Part shown: in pieces, positions 1 through 10,043 of the stretch
Numbering within the stretch: the stretch's first letter is position 1
Layout of the letters: each line of letters starts with the position of its first letter
Assembly: GCA_963815905.1 (NCBI GenBank)
Contig: CAWFIO010000005.1
Coordinates: forward strand, 14,949-78,948
Direction: 5' to 3'
Source: an uncultured Actinomycetota bacterium
GTDB lineage: Bacteria > Actinomycetota > Actinomycetes > Propionibacteriales > Propionibacteriaceae
DNA length: 64,000 nt
Notes under the pieces: generated by a model
The model's input: the letters and a program-made list of their open reading frames with translations, nothing else
What the model was told of the DNA's origin: nothing
The model's database searches: none
Program-made: the position numbers and the translations under genes

Positions 1-1000
1 CTTGGTGTCCGACATGCCGAACGCGTCGACCACCCGGGCGGTGAACGCGTAGTCACCGGGCGTGGTCGGGGTACCGGACAGCACACCGGTCGTGGTGTTC
101 AGGGTCAAGCCGGCCGGCAGGGTGCCGGTGCTGATCGAGAACGTGAACGGCCCGGTCCCACCGCTGCGGGTCAGCGTCTTGCTGTAGGGATCTCCGACGA
201 TCGCGGTGGTCAGCGGCGAGCTGTAGGTCAGCGTCGGTGGTGCCGCGACGACGACCGTGAACTGCCTCGCCGACGTCGCACCATCGGCGTCGGTGACCTT
301 GACGGTGAAGGTCGAGCTCCCGGCCGTGGTCGGCGTACCGAAGATCAGACCGGCGCTGGAGATACTCAGACCGGCCGGCAGGGTGTCGGCGGTGATCGCG
401 TAGCTCAACGGAGCGGTGCCGCCCGAGGACACCAGCTGATGGCTGTACGCCGCGCCGACCTCGCCGTTCGGCGGGGTCGAGGTGATGGCGGGCACGCTGT
501 TCAACGTCACCGCGCCGGAGGCGGCCGAGGCCGGCCCGGTCCCGATCGTGTTCTTGGCGGCCACCCTGAAGGTGTACGTGCCTCCCGCGGTGAGCCCGGT
601 CAGCGTCTGGCTGGTGGAGGTCGAGTCGAAGGTCACCGGGGTCTGCGCCACGCCGGTGAGGTAAGGGGTGACGACGTAGCCGGTGATCGGAGAGTTGCCC
701 TCCGCGGTCGGAGCGGTCCAGCGGACCACCGCCGAGGTGGTGCCCCCCGTGACCGTGCCGATGGTCGGCGCGGCCGGGATGGTGCGGACCGACAGGCTGG
801 CGCCCTTGGTGTCCGAGGCGCCGAGCGCGTCGACCACCTTGACGGTGAACGCGTAGTCACCGGGGCTGGTCGGGGTGCCCGAGAGCACACCGGTCGTGGT
901 GTTGAGGGTCAGACCGGGCGGCAGGGTGCCACTGACGGTGGAGAAAGTGAACGGACCGGTCCCGCCGGTGCGGGTGAAGGTCGTGCTGTACGCGCTCCCC
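1..1000 (-). repeat. Intragenic module duplication, about 807-bp period
   Basis: 1-180 (cttggtgtccga...gtgaacgcgtagtcaccggg...gcacaccggtcgtggtgtt) closely matches about 808-985. Confidence 0.8.
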
Positions 1001-3621
1001 ACCTGGGCGTCCGGCTGCGCGCCGGTGAAGGTCAGGATCGGCTGAGCGGCGATGACCACGGTGAAGGTCTTCGTGCTGACCTCGTTGTAGGAGTCGGTGA
1101 CCCGAGCCCGGAAGGTGTAGGTCCCCGCCGCGGTCGGTGTACCCGAGATCAGGCCGCCGGCTGACAGGCTGAGCCCGTCGGGCAGCGTCCCGGAGGTCAG
1201 GTCGTAGGTGTATCCGGCCGTCCCCCCGGACTGGGTGAACTGGTGACGGTAGCCGATGCCCACCTCGCCGTCCTGTGGCGTCGAGGTGATGGTCGGTCCG
1301 GCGTTGACGGTCACCGCGTTCGTGGTGGCCGAGGCCGGACCGGTTCCGGCCGCGTTGATGGCCGCCACCGTGAAGGTGTAGGAGGAACCGGCCGTCAGAC
1401 CGGTCACGGTCTGCGTGGTCGCGGTCGAGTTGAAGGTCTGCGCGGTCTGCGCCACCCCACCGAGGTACGGGGTGATGACATAGCCGGTGATCGCTGAGTA
1501 TCCGTTGCTGCTCGGCGTGGTCCAGGTCAGTCGGGCCCCCGACGTTCCGGCGGTGGCCGCCGCAGAGGTGGGCGCGGACGGCACCGTGTAGGGCACGGCC
1601 ACGTCGCTGAGCGTGCTGGCCACACCGGTTCCGTTGGCGTTCTTGGCCGCCACCGTGAAGGTGTACGAGCTACCGGCGGTGGCGTTGGCCACCGTGTAGG
1701 TGGTGGTACCGGCGGCGATCTGGACCGCCGTCTGGGCCACACCGTCCTTGTACGGGGTGAGGACGTAACCGGTGATCGCCGAGCCGCCGCTCGCCGGGAC
1801 GTCCCAGCTCGCGGTGGCGCTCAGCACCCCCGCCGCCGCGGTGACGGTCGGCGTGCCCGGAACGCTGGTGTAGGTGAAGCCGACCGTGCCCGAGGATCCC
1901 AGGGTGACGACCTTGACCGACACCGCACCCACCGCGTGGGTCGGCATCGAAGAGATGCCCAGCGACCCGTTGGCGTTGGTGGTGAAGCAGCCGGCGGCCG
2001 CGACGTTGTTGGTGCACTGGGCCAGCGTCGTGCCGGTCGCGGCGGCCAGTTCGGCGGTGGTGCCGACCTGGATGGCGGTCGCGGCCGAGGTGTTCGTCCC
2101 GGTGATGACGACCGCCGTCCCGCTCGGGCCGCTGGCCGGAGCGATGGTCAGGTTGCTCGGAACCGAGGCCGGCGTCACGATCACCGTGGTGTTGCCGTAG
2201 CCCGGATTGGAGTTGGCCGAGGAGGCGGTGACGACGCTGCCGCTGCCGATGGTGGCCGAGGTGACCGCGGCGGTGGCGGTGCCGTTGATGGTCAGATTGG
2301 GCAAGGTCGAGCCGGCCGCGAACGGCTGGCTGTTGTTGGTGCAGGTGATCGAGTACTTCAGGGTGGTCGCGTTCTGAACCGGCGTGGCGCAGGTCCAGCC
2401 CGGACCCGACCCGCTGACCGCTTTCACCCCGGTGGGCATCGTCTCGGTGACCGAGACGGCCCCGGTCTCGCTGAGGCCCGCCTCGACACCGGCCTTGACC
2501 ACGTAGGTGACCGGATCACCGGCGGCGAGGTTGGCCGCGGTGTAGGCAGACTGGGCGACGGTCAGCTGCGGAACGGATCCGTTGAGGGTGGTGACCGTGG
2601 TCTGATCGAGCTCGTGGTAGTCGACCGAGCCGCCAGTCGAAGCGACGAATCCGAACGCCAACTGCTTGGGTAGGCCGGACGAGTCGAGGTAGCTCGCGGG
2701 GAACGACAGCCCCGCGCCGACGGTCGGCAGCGTGCTGGTGAGGACCTTCTGGGTGCCCCCGACCGGGGTGAAGGCGACCGCGTAGCTCTTGGCCGCCACG
2801 GTCAGACCCGACGCCGAGATGACCGCGGAGGTGTTGGGGTTGATGACGACCTGGACCGGAACCTTCGACGCGGTCCGGGTGTTCGAGCGCAGCGCGATTG
2901 CGGCCGAGGTCGTGGTGGTCGCCGTGCTCTGGATCGGGCAGTAGCCGACCGTTCCGTTACCGGGACCCTTGACCACGACCTGGCCCTTCACCTGCCCCGA
3001 GGCCGAGATCCAGGCCGGGCTCGCGGCACAGCCGGTGCCCTGGTAGGCGGAGTTGCTGTAGTTGCCGAAGACATCGAGGCCGATGCCGAGGTAGCCGTAG
3101 GCAAGACCCTTGTTCGTGCTGTAGGGCGCATAGCCCAACGAACCGCCGGTGTAGCCGATGTTCGGCGGGGACACCGGGTTGGTCGGGTCGACCGCTGCCA
3201 GCGCGAAGGCGATCCCGTCGGCCGGGGTCGTGGTCGTCCCGTACTGATAGGTGTTGAAGCTGAGATCGAGCCCCTGCGCGGTCGGCACGCTGGCCGCGGC
3301 AAAGACCCCACCGACCTTGCTGGTCCCGTTGTCGGTCAGCCGGAGGAAGCCCGATCCGTTGACGTCATTGGCCGTGGTGCAACTGGTGGGCACCACAGTG
3401 GTGTTGCCCGAGGCGGTCAGGCAGGCCATGTTCGTGCCACCGGACGACGTCGGCAGCACCACGGCGCCCACGCCGTTCGCGGTGTTGTTCTTGAATGTCT
3501 GGTTGAACAGCGTAGTGGTGGCGGCACCCGCTGGTGTGGGCAGCAAGACCTGGGTCGCAGTGGCGGAGACCGCGGCCGCGGCGAGGACAGCGACGACTCG
3601 CCGGCGTAACGACGTGATCAT
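1..3621 (-). CDS. Large secreted/surface multidomain protein, 3' end outside the window. Order: signal peptide, L-type lectin-like, DUF11-like, IPT/TIG-like, FN3 x2, putative-Ig (He_PIG-like) x2, FN3, He_PIG-like x2
   Basis: Missed by the ORF track because it is open at the left edge. ATG at 3621 reads MITSLRRRVVAVLAAAAVSATATQVLLPTPAGA (signal-like). Lectin-like motifs ADGIAF and GYLGIGLDVFGNYS; FN3 motifs ITGYVxTPY and YTFTVAA; Ig repeats GTLPxGLTLNTTTGVLSGTPT. The frame fits to base 1 (SDTK). Confidence 0.9.
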   Translation of the reverse strand, partial: MITSLRRRVVAVLAAAAVSATATQVLLPTPAGAATTTLFNQTFKNNTANGVGAVVLPTSSGGTNMACLTASGNTTVVPTSCTTANDVNGSGFLRLTDNGTSKVGGVFAAASVPTAQGLDLSFNTYQYGTTTTPADGIAFALAAVDPTNPVSPPNIGYTGGSLGYAPYSTNKGLAYGYLGIGLDVFGNYSNSAYQGTGCAASPAWISASGQVKGQVVVKGPGNGTVGYCPIQSTATTTTSAAIALRSNTRTASKVPVQVVINPNTSAVISASGLTVAAKSYAVAFTPVGGTQKVLTSTLPTVGAGLSFPASYLDSSGLPKQLAFGFVASTGGSVDYHELDQTTVTTLNGSVPQLTVAQSAYTAANLAAGDPVTYVVKAGVEAGLSETGAVSVTETMPTGVKAVSGSGPGWTCATPVQNATTLKYSITCTNNSQPFAAGSTLPNLTINGTATAAVTSATIGSGSVVTASSANSNPGYGNTTVIVTPASVPSNLTIAPASGPSGTAVVITGTNTSAATAIQVGTTAELAAATGTTLAQCTNNVAAAGCFTTNANGSLGISSMPTHAVGAVSVKVVTLGSSGTVGFTYTSVPGTPTVTAAAGVLSATASWDVPASGGSAITGYVLTPYKDGVAQTAVQIAAGTTTYTVANATAGSSYTFTVAAKNANGTGVASTLSDVAVPYTVPSAPTSAAATAGTSGARLTWTTPSSNGYSAITGYVITPYLGGVAQTAQTFNSTATTQTVTGLTAGSSYTFTVAAINAAGTGPASATTNAVTVNAGPTITSTPQDGEVGIGYRHQFTQSGGTAGYTYDLTSGTLPDGLSLSAGGLISGTPTAAGTYTFRARVTDSYNEVSTKTFTVVIAAQPILTFTGAQPDAQVGSAYSTTFTRTGGTGPFTFSTVSGTLPPGLTLNTTTGVLSGTPTSPGDYAFTVKVVDALGASDTKGASLSVRTIPAAPTIGTVTGGTTSAVVRWTAPTAEGNSPITGYVVTPYLTGVAQTPVTFDSTSTSQTLTGLTAGGTYTFRVAAKNTIGTGPASAASGAVTLNSVPAITSTPPNGEVGAAYSHQLVSSGGTAPLSYAITADTLPAGLSISSAGLIFGTPTTAGSSTFTVKVTDADGATSARQFTVVVAAPPTLTYSSPLTTAIVGDPYSKTLTRSGGTGPFTFSISTGTLPAGLTLNTTTGVLSGTPTTPGDYAFTARVVDAFGMSDTK

Positions 3622-3772
3622 GGGGGAGCTTTCTCGAGGGCAAGCGCAGCAGCACGAAAGAATCCCCCGAGGTCGGTCACCGCGACGATGCCGGATCCGA
3701 ACCGAGTGAAAGGTAGCAGACAGGTCACAACTTGATCAATGACCGATGTTCACCCCTGGGTGAAACGAAGTT

Positions 3773-4582
3773 TCAGGACTGGGCGCCGGGCCAACTCACG
3801 CTGAGGGCCGCCGCATCGGATGCGCGTCGCATCGCTGTCGCCCGATCGTCACCGGCGGCGAGGGCCGCGGCCAGCGCGCCGCAGTAGGTGTCCCCGGCAC
3901 CGGTGGTGTCGACCACGGTGTCCACCCGGCCGGCCGGGACCTCGATGTCGCCCCACCGCGAACCTTGGGATCCGAGCGTGACCAGGAGCGATCCGGCCCG
4001 ACCTCCGGAGGCGGCGAGCTCGGCCGCCTCGTGCTCGTTGACGATGACCAGGGCCTCGGCGATGGTCTCGGCCGGCAGGTCGGCGTAGGGGGCGAGGTTG
4101 ATGATCAGCCGGGCACCGGTCGGTGCCACCCGGCGCGCGGCCTCGGCCACGAGCTCGACCGGGATCTCCAGCTGGAGCAGAGCGACGTCGTCCTCATCCA
4201 GCTCGTCCAGCACCCCTAGGTGGGTCGGCTCGAGCGCGCCGTTCGCGCCCGGCGACACGATGATCGAGTTGTCACCGTCCTCGGCCACGGCGATGAGGGC
4301 CCGGCCGGTGGCCCGATCCGGAGCGACGACCAAATGCGCGATGTCGATGCCGGCGCGGCTCAGCCGGTCCGCGTACGCGGTGCCCTCGGCGTCGTCGCCG
4401 ACACAGCCGACCATGATCACCTCGGCACCGGCGCGGGCGGCCGCGAGGGCCTGGTTGGCACCCTTGCCGCCGAAGCCGAGCTGCGGCTCGCCACCCATCA
4501 CCGTCTCGCCGGGGCCCGGGTGCCGCACGACCTGGACGGTCACGTCGACGTTCAGCGACCCGACCACGACGACTCGTCCCAT
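3773..4582 (-). CDS. rbsK: Ribokinase / PfkB-family carbohydrate kinase
   Basis: N-terminal VVVVGSLNVD, GGKGANQALAAARAG, C-terminal DTTGAGDTYCG. Confidence 0.85.
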   Translation of the reverse strand: MGRVVVVGSLNVDVTVQVVRHPGPGETVMGGEPQLGFGGKGANQALAAARAGAEVIMVGCVGDDAEGTAYADRLSRAGIDIAHLVVAPDRATGRALIAVAEDGDNSIIVSPGANGALEPTHLGVLDELDEDDVALLQLEIPVELVAEAARRVAPTGARLIINLAPYADLPAETIAEALVIVNEHEAAELAASGGRAGSLLVTLGSQGSRWGDIEVPAGRVDTVVDTTGAGDTYCGALAAALAAGDDRATAMRRASDAAALSVSWPGAQS

Positions 4583-4869
4583 GCGCGTTTCCCCTCGTCA
4601 GATCCACGCCTGTTGGCGGGCACATGACAGAAATTGTTAACCCGTGTTCAGCGGCGCCCCGGTTTCGACACGCGGGGCCACGGGCAGCACTTGGGGCGGG
4701 TCACACGTGAAGTCCCTGCGCTCCCCCGTCCTCTCCGTTCGCCGTCAACGGCGGCGACTCGGGCGACTCGGGCGAGCTGTCGGCCGCCCGCCCGTCGGCG
4801 TGGTGTCTGGGTCAGCGGCGTACGGCTGCGTAGCGTTGGCGCGAGCCCGTTCGTCGCAAGGAGATCAAC

Positions 4870-5358
4870 ATGTCGTCATTCCTCGGTTTTCTGCGCAGCT
4901 TCGGCCTGCTCATCGCCCGGATCGGGGTCGGGGGCATCATGATCGCCCACGGCTACGTGCGTTGGCAGATCCAGGGGATCCCGAAGCAGACGGCGTACCT
5001 GATCCAGTTCGGCACCCCCTACCCCGAGGTCGCGGCCTGGGGCTCGACCATCTTCGAAATCGTCGGCGGCGTGTTCCTGGTCGTCGGTGCACTGACCCCG
5101 CTGATCGGGCTCGGGCTGCTGATCCAGCAGGTGCTGACCATCTCGTACACGAACTACTCCAAGAGCTGGAACCTGATGACCCTCGACGGCGCCGCCTACA
5201 ACGGTGGCTTCGAGTACAACGTCGCGCTCGGCGTGCTCGGTCTGCTGTTCCTGGTGATGGGTGGCGGCGCTGCGGCGATCGACCGGCTGTTCAAGCGGTC
5301 GAAGTCCGACGAGGACGTCGACGACCCGAGTGACGTCCATACGTCGGCCTCGGTCTGA
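4870..5358 (+). CDS. DoxX-family membrane protein
   Basis: LLIARIGVGGIMIAHG, EIVGGVFLVVG and NGGFEYN motifs; RBS aggag. Confidence 0.85.
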   Translation: MSSFLGFLRSFGLLIARIGVGGIMIAHGYVRWQIQGIPKQTAYLIQFGTPYPEVAAWGSTIFEIVGGVFLVVGALTPLIGLGLLIQQVLTISYTNYSKSWNLMTLDGAAYNGGFEYNVALGVLGLLFLVMGGGAAAIDRLFKRSKSDEDVDDPSDVHTSASV

Positions 5359-5400
5359 GACCATCCCGACGGTCCCCCTTGCCGACCTCCGGGCTGAGAT

Positions 5401-5428
5401 TCACAGACAGCACACAGGGAGAGCACAG
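5401..5428 (+). promoter_or_regulatory. Three CACAG direct repeats at 11-bp period, probable OmpR/PhoP-type autoregulatory site
   Basis: CACAG at 5402, 5413 and 5424, ending 33 bp before the response-regulator ATG. Confidence 0.6.
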
Positions 5429-5461
5429 ACGGGACCAGGAATCCGGTGACAGTCTGGCGTC

Positions 5462-6196
5462 ATGGCCCGACTCGACCACAGCACCTCGCCCTTGACCCGC
5501 CCGGATGGCACGCCGATCCGCGTTCTCGCGGTCGACGACGAGATGAGTCTGACCGAATTGCTCTCGATGGCCATGCGCTACGAGGGCTGGGAGGTCAGCA
5601 CCGCATCCTCCGGCACCCAGGCCGTCAAGGTCGCCCGCGAGGTGCGGCCCGACGCGATCGTGCTCGACATGATGCTGCCCGACTTCGACGGCCTCGAGGT
5701 GATGCGGCGGATCCGCACCGAGGAGCCCGATGTCCCGGTCATCTTCCTGACCGCCAAAGACGCGGTCGAGGATCGGATCGGCGGACTGACCGCGGGCGGT
5801 GACGACTACGTCACCAAGCCGTTCAGTCTCGAAGAGGTCATCGCCCGGCTGCGCGGACTGCTCCGCCGCAGCGGTGCCGCGTTCGCGAAGAGCGATTCGA
5901 CCCTGGTCGTCGGGGATCTGGTCCTCGACGAGGACAGCCACGAGGTGACCCGCGGTGGGACCGAGATCCAGCTGACCGCCACCGAGTTCGAGCTGCTCCG
6001 CTATCTGATGCGGAACCCACGCCGGGTGCTGAGCAAGGCGCAGATCCTCGACCGGGTGTGGAACTACGACTTCGGCGGCCAGGCCAACGTGGTCGAGCTC
6101 TACATCTCCTACCTGCGCAAGAAGATCGACGTCAACCGCGCCCCGATGATTCACACCATGCGGGGAGCCGGGTACGTGCTGCGTCCGGCGAGCTGA
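5462..6196 (+). CDS. OmpR/PhoB-family response regulator (TcrX/PhoP-like)
   Basis: Receiver motifs VLAVDDE, LDMMLPD, FLTAKD, DDYVTKPF; winged helix NVVELYISYLRKKID. Confidence 0.95.
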   Translation: MARLDHSTSPLTRPDGTPIRVLAVDDEMSLTELLSMAMRYEGWEVSTASSGTQAVKVAREVRPDAIVLDMMLPDFDGLEVMRRIRTEEPDVPVIFLTAKDAVEDRIGGLTAGGDDYVTKPFSLEEVIARLRGLLRRSGAAFAKSDSTLVVGDLVLDEDSHEVTRGGTEIQLTATEFELLRYLMRNPRRVLSKAQILDRVWNYDFGGQANVVELYISYLRKKIDVNRAPMIHTMRGAGYVLRPAS

Positions 6197-7755
6197 TGCC
6201 CGCCGAGGTCTTGTCCGCCGGGTTGGCTGCGCCGGTTCCACTGGCCCGGGGCACCCTCGGCCGACGGCTGATCGTGCGGGTCACCGCGCTGGTCGCTCTG
6301 CTGACCCTGGCGGTGACCGCCGCAACCGCGCTGGCCACCTGGCAGGTGCTGACCCGGCAGGTCGACGGCCAGCTGACCTCGATCAGCAACCGGCTGCGCG
6401 ATCCGGGCAGCGGGTCCGGTCGTCCGGACCGACTCATCGGCCCGGGCCAGCCCTTCGGCACCATCGCTGCCGTCTTCGACGCCGACGACACCCTGCTGCA
6501 GGGCGCCCGGCTGGTCGAGGAGCGCGGCACCGGGCGCGGCGGTCAGGCCGAATCGCTCGACACCCCCGTCATTGCCCAGCTGGCCGCCCTCGAGCTCGAC
6601 GGCCAGCCGACCACGGTCCGACTCGAGGGGCTCGGCCGGTATCGCGCCGTCAGCTTCCGGGTCACCGCCGGTGGTCGAACCATCGGCTCGATCGTCTTCG
6701 CCGTCCCCCTGCGCGACGTCGACCACGCGCTGATCGAGCTGGTCGGGCTGGCGGCAGGGCTGTCCGGGTTGGCCATCGTCGGAACCGTCTTCGCCTCACG
6801 CGCCCTGGTCGTCCGCAGCTTGCGACCACTCAACCGGGTCGCCGCCACCGCGCAACAGGTGTCGCAGCTCCCGCTCGATCGCGGTGAGGTGGCCCTCGCC
6901 GTCCGGGTCGCCCCCGACGACGCCGACCCCGCCTCCGAGGTCGGTCGGGTCGGCCAGGCGCTGAACCACCTGCTCGCCAACGTCGAGGACGCCCTCGCCG
7001 CGCGGCAGGCCAGCGAGACCAGGGTGCGGCAGTTCGTCGCCGACGCCTCGCACGAACTCCGCAACCCGCTGGCCGCGATCCGGGGCTACGCCGAGCTGAC
7101 CCGGCGGGACCGCCAGGAGATGCCGGCTCGGGCCGCGTACGCACTGGAACGGGTGGAGTCCGAGGCCGAGCGGATGTCGCATCTGGTCGAGGACCTGCTG
7201 CTGCTGGCCCGGCTCGACTCCGGGCCCGCGCTCGCGGTCACCGCGGTGGACCTGAGCGAACTGGTGATCAACGCGGTCAGCGACGCCCGGGCCGCCGGCC
7301 GCGACCACGTCTGGCAGCTGTCGCTGCCCGAGGAACCCGTCTCGGCGCTCGGCGACGCGCACCGGCTGCACCAGGTGGTTGCCAACCTGCTCGCCAACGC
7401 CCGCACCCACACCCCGGCCGGGACCCAGGTCCGGACCTCGGTGTTGGTGGACCGCGACTCGGCGGTGGTGACGGTGACCGACAACGGCCCCGGGATCCCC
7501 GATCAGATCCAGGACCAGGTCTTCGAACGCTTCACCCGCGCCGACACCGCACGGGTCCGCGCCGCCGGCGCCGCCCAGGGCAGGAGCACCGGGCTCGGCC
7601 TGGCCATCGTCGCCGCCGTGGTCGACGCCCACCAGGGCTCGGTCCAGGTGACCAGCGAACCCGGTCGCACCGAGTTCGTCGTCCGACTGCCGCTCGCCGT
7701 CCTCGAGGCCCCGCCGTACGACGGCCCCGGCCCGGACATGCGCCCGCCGGTCTAG
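6196..7755 (+). CDS. HAMP-containing sensor histidine kinase (TcrY-like)
   Basis: TGATG overlap with the regulator; H-box ASHELRNPL, N-box NLLANARTH, DNGPG, GLGLAIV. Confidence 0.95.
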   Translation: MPAEVLSAGLAAPVPLARGTLGRRLIVRVTALVALLTLAVTAATALATWQVLTRQVDGQLTSISNRLRDPGSGSGRPDRLIGPGQPFGTIAAVFDADDTLLQGARLVEERGTGRGGQAESLDTPVIAQLAALELDGQPTTVRLEGLGRYRAVSFRVTAGGRTIGSIVFAVPLRDVDHALIELVGLAAGLSGLAIVGTVFASRALVVRSLRPLNRVAATAQQVSQLPLDRGEVALAVRVAPDDADPASEVGRVGQALNHLLANVEDALAARQASETRVRQFVADASHELRNPLAAIRGYAELTRRDRQEMPARAAYALERVESEAERMSHLVEDLLLLARLDSGPALAVTAVDLSELVINAVSDARAAGRDHVWQLSLPEEPVSALGDAHRLHQVVANLLANARTHTPAGTQVRTSVLVDRDSAVVTVTDNGPGIPDQIQDQVFERFTRADTARVRAAGAAQGRSTGLGLAIVAAVVDAHQGSVQVTSEPGRTEFVVRLPLAVLEAPPYDGPGPDMRPPV

Positions 7756-7890
7756 CGCCGACTCCTCCGCCCACCCCCGCCGGGCCGACTCATCCCGCCC
7801 GGGGCCGTCGGGCTCCGCCGACCCCCGGGTCCGCAGAAAGTGGAGTGAACTCCACTTCCTGCAGCGGCCGCGCGGGGGGCGCGGGGTCGG

Positions 7891-9759
7891 TCAGACCTCT
7901 GCCGTGGCGAACTGGGTCCGGTAGAGCTCGGCGTAGCGGCCACCGGCGGAGAGCAGCTCCTCGTGGCGGCCGCGTTCGATGATCCGGCCGGCCTCGAGCA
8001 CCAGGATCTGGTCGGCGGACCGGATGGTCGAGAGTCGGTGGGCGATGACGATCGAGGTACGCCCGACCAGGGCTTCGCCGAGCGCCTCCTGGACGGCGGC
8101 CTCCGAGGTGGAGTCGAGGTGTGCGGTGGCCTCGTCGAGGATGACCACCTGTGGGGCCGCCAGCAGCAGCCGGGCGATGGTCAACCGCTGACGCTCGCCG
8201 CCGGAGAGTCGGTAGCCACGCTCCCCCACCACGGTGTCGAGGCCTTCGGGCAGCGCGGCGACCAGATCGCCCAGCCGAGCCCGACGCAGCGCATCGAAGA
8301 TCTGTTCGTCGGTGGCGGTCTCGCGCGCCAACAGCAGGTTGGCCCGGATCGACTCGTGGAACAGGTGCCCGTCCTGGGTGACCAGACCGAGGGTGGCACG
8401 GATCGAGGCGAAGCTCAGGTCTCGGACGTCGACGCCACCGAGGCGGACCGAGCCCTCGTCGACGTCGTAGAGCCGGGCCAACAGTTGGGCGATGGTCGAC
8501 TTCCCGGCGCCGGACGAGCCGACCAGCGCGACCAGCTCACCCGGGCGGGCGGTGAAGCTGACGTCGTGGATGACCGTCTCGCCGCCGCGGGAGTCGAGCA
8601 CGGCGACCTCCTCGAGCGAGGCCAGCGAGACCTTGTCGGCCGACGGGTAGGCGAAACGGACGTGGTCGAACTCCACCCCCGCCGGTGTGTCGGGCAGCAC
8701 GACGGCATCCGGCTTCTCGGTGATCAGCGGCTCGAGATCGAGGATCTCGAAGACCCGCTCGAAGCTGACCAACGCGCTCATCACCTCGACCCGGGCGCTG
8801 GCCAGCCCGGTCAGCGGCGCGTACAACCGGGTGATCAGCAACGCCATCGACACGACTGCGCCGGCGTCCATCCCGCCGGTCAGCGCGTAGTAGCCGCCCA
8901 GGCCGTAGACCAGCGCCAACGCCAGTGCCGACACCAGGGTGAGGGCGATCACGAACCCGGTCTGGACCATGGCGGTGCGGACGCCGATGTCGCGGACCCG
9001 CTCGGCCCGGTGACCGAACTCGGCCGATTCGCGGGTCGGACGCGCGAACAGCTTGACCAGGGTCGCGCCCGGGGCGGAGAAGCGTTCGGTCATCTGGGTG
9101 CCCATGGCCGCGTTGTGATCGGCCGCCTCCATCCCGAGTCGGGCGATCCGGCTACCCAACCGCCGGGCCGGGATGATGAAGATGGGCAGCAGCACCAGGG
9201 CCAGCACGGTGATCTGCCAGGACAGGGTGAGCATGGCGATCACGGCGAGCACCAGCGAGACCACGTTGCCCACAACCCCGGACAAGGTGTCGGAGAAGGC
9301 GCGTTGGGCGCCGATCACGTCGTTGTTGAGCCGACTGACCAGAGCGCCGGTGCGGGTCCGGGTGAAGAAGGCGATGGGCTGCTGTTGCACGTGGTCGAAC
9401 ACCGCGCGGCGGAGGTCGTAGATCAGACCCTCACCGATCCGCGAGGAGCAATACCGCGACAACAGCGCGACGCCCGCCTCGGCCAGCGCGATCGCCGCGA
9501 TGACCATCGCCAGGATGGCGACGATCCGATAGGGCTGACGGTCGACCAGGGCGTTGACGATCCGACCAGCGAGCAGCGGTGTGGCCACGGCGAGCACCGC
9601 GCCGACCACGCTGAGGACCAGGAAGCCGACCAGCAGCCGTCGGTGGGGCTGGGCGAAACCCAAGATCCGTCGGCCGGTGACCCGGGAGAACGAGCGCTTG
9701 CCCTGTCGCGCGTACATCATGCCGCGCAAGGACGTCCAGGCGGCGCTCTCCATACTCAT
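7891..9759 (-). CDS. ABC exporter, fused permease plus ATP-binding domain
   Basis: Transmembrane N-half, Walker A GSSGAGKS, signature LSGGERQR, Walker B ILDEAT. Start placed at MSMESAAW. Confidence 0.93.
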   Translation of the reverse strand: MSMESAAWTSLRGMMYARQGKRSFSRVTGRRILGFAQPHRRLLVGFLVLSVVGAVLAVATPLLAGRIVNALVDRQPYRIVAILAMVIAAIALAEAGVALLSRYCSSRIGEGLIYDLRRAVFDHVQQQPIAFFTRTRTGALVSRLNNDVIGAQRAFSDTLSGVVGNVVSLVLAVIAMLTLSWQITVLALVLLPIFIIPARRLGSRIARLGMEAADHNAAMGTQMTERFSAPGATLVKLFARPTRESAEFGHRAERVRDIGVRTAMVQTGFVIALTLVSALALALVYGLGGYYALTGGMDAGAVVSMALLITRLYAPLTGLASARVEVMSALVSFERVFEILDLEPLITEKPDAVVLPDTPAGVEFDHVRFAYPSADKVSLASLEEVAVLDSRGGETVIHDVSFTARPGELVALVGSSGAGKSTIAQLLARLYDVDEGSVRLGGVDVRDLSFASIRATLGLVTQDGHLFHESIRANLLLARETATDEQIFDALRRARLGDLVAALPEGLDTVVGERGYRLSGGERQRLTIARLLLAAPQVVILDEATAHLDSTSEAAVQEALGEALVGRTSIVIAHRLSTIRSADQILVLEAGRIIERGRHEELLSAGGRYAELYRTQFATAEV

Positions 9760-9934
9760 GGGTCTGACCCTAGAACGTGAAGCCGATATGAGCTCAATCG
9801 AAAACGACCAGTTGTGCGATTTCCTTGGCCCCTGGGCGGATCGGCCGCCCGATCCGCGTCGACGACCCTGACAGACGCGTCGACATCGTGCGACGGCCAA
9901 GCAGGACCTGGCCGGGGTGGCCCGGCTGATCCGG

Positions 9935-10010
9935 ATTTCCCGGCATGTGCCGGCAGACGGCTCCTGAAACGGCCGCGGGTGGGGGCGTTTCCCGGCACGT
10001 GCCGGGAAAC
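9935..10010. repeat. Two related 24-bp palindromes 52 bp apart
   Basis: 9987-10010 gtttcccggcacgtgccgggaaac is a perfect palindrome; 9935-9958 atttcccggcatgtgccggcagac is a degenerate copy. Confidence 0.8.
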
Positions 10011-10043
10011 GGAGAGCCGACGGTCAGGTCGTAGAGTCGGGCC

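Noticed and set aside
3607-3609. TTA codon at position 5 of the surface protein as bldA-type control
   Set aside because: A single rare codon; bldA regulation is established in Streptomyces and nothing here supports it.
439-3709. Plus-strand ORFs over the surface-protein gene, and the many other long Arg/Pro/Gly-rich overlapping ORFs in the track
   Set aside because: Antisense or off-frame shadows typical of high-GC DNA; each overlaps a gene with recognisable motifs.
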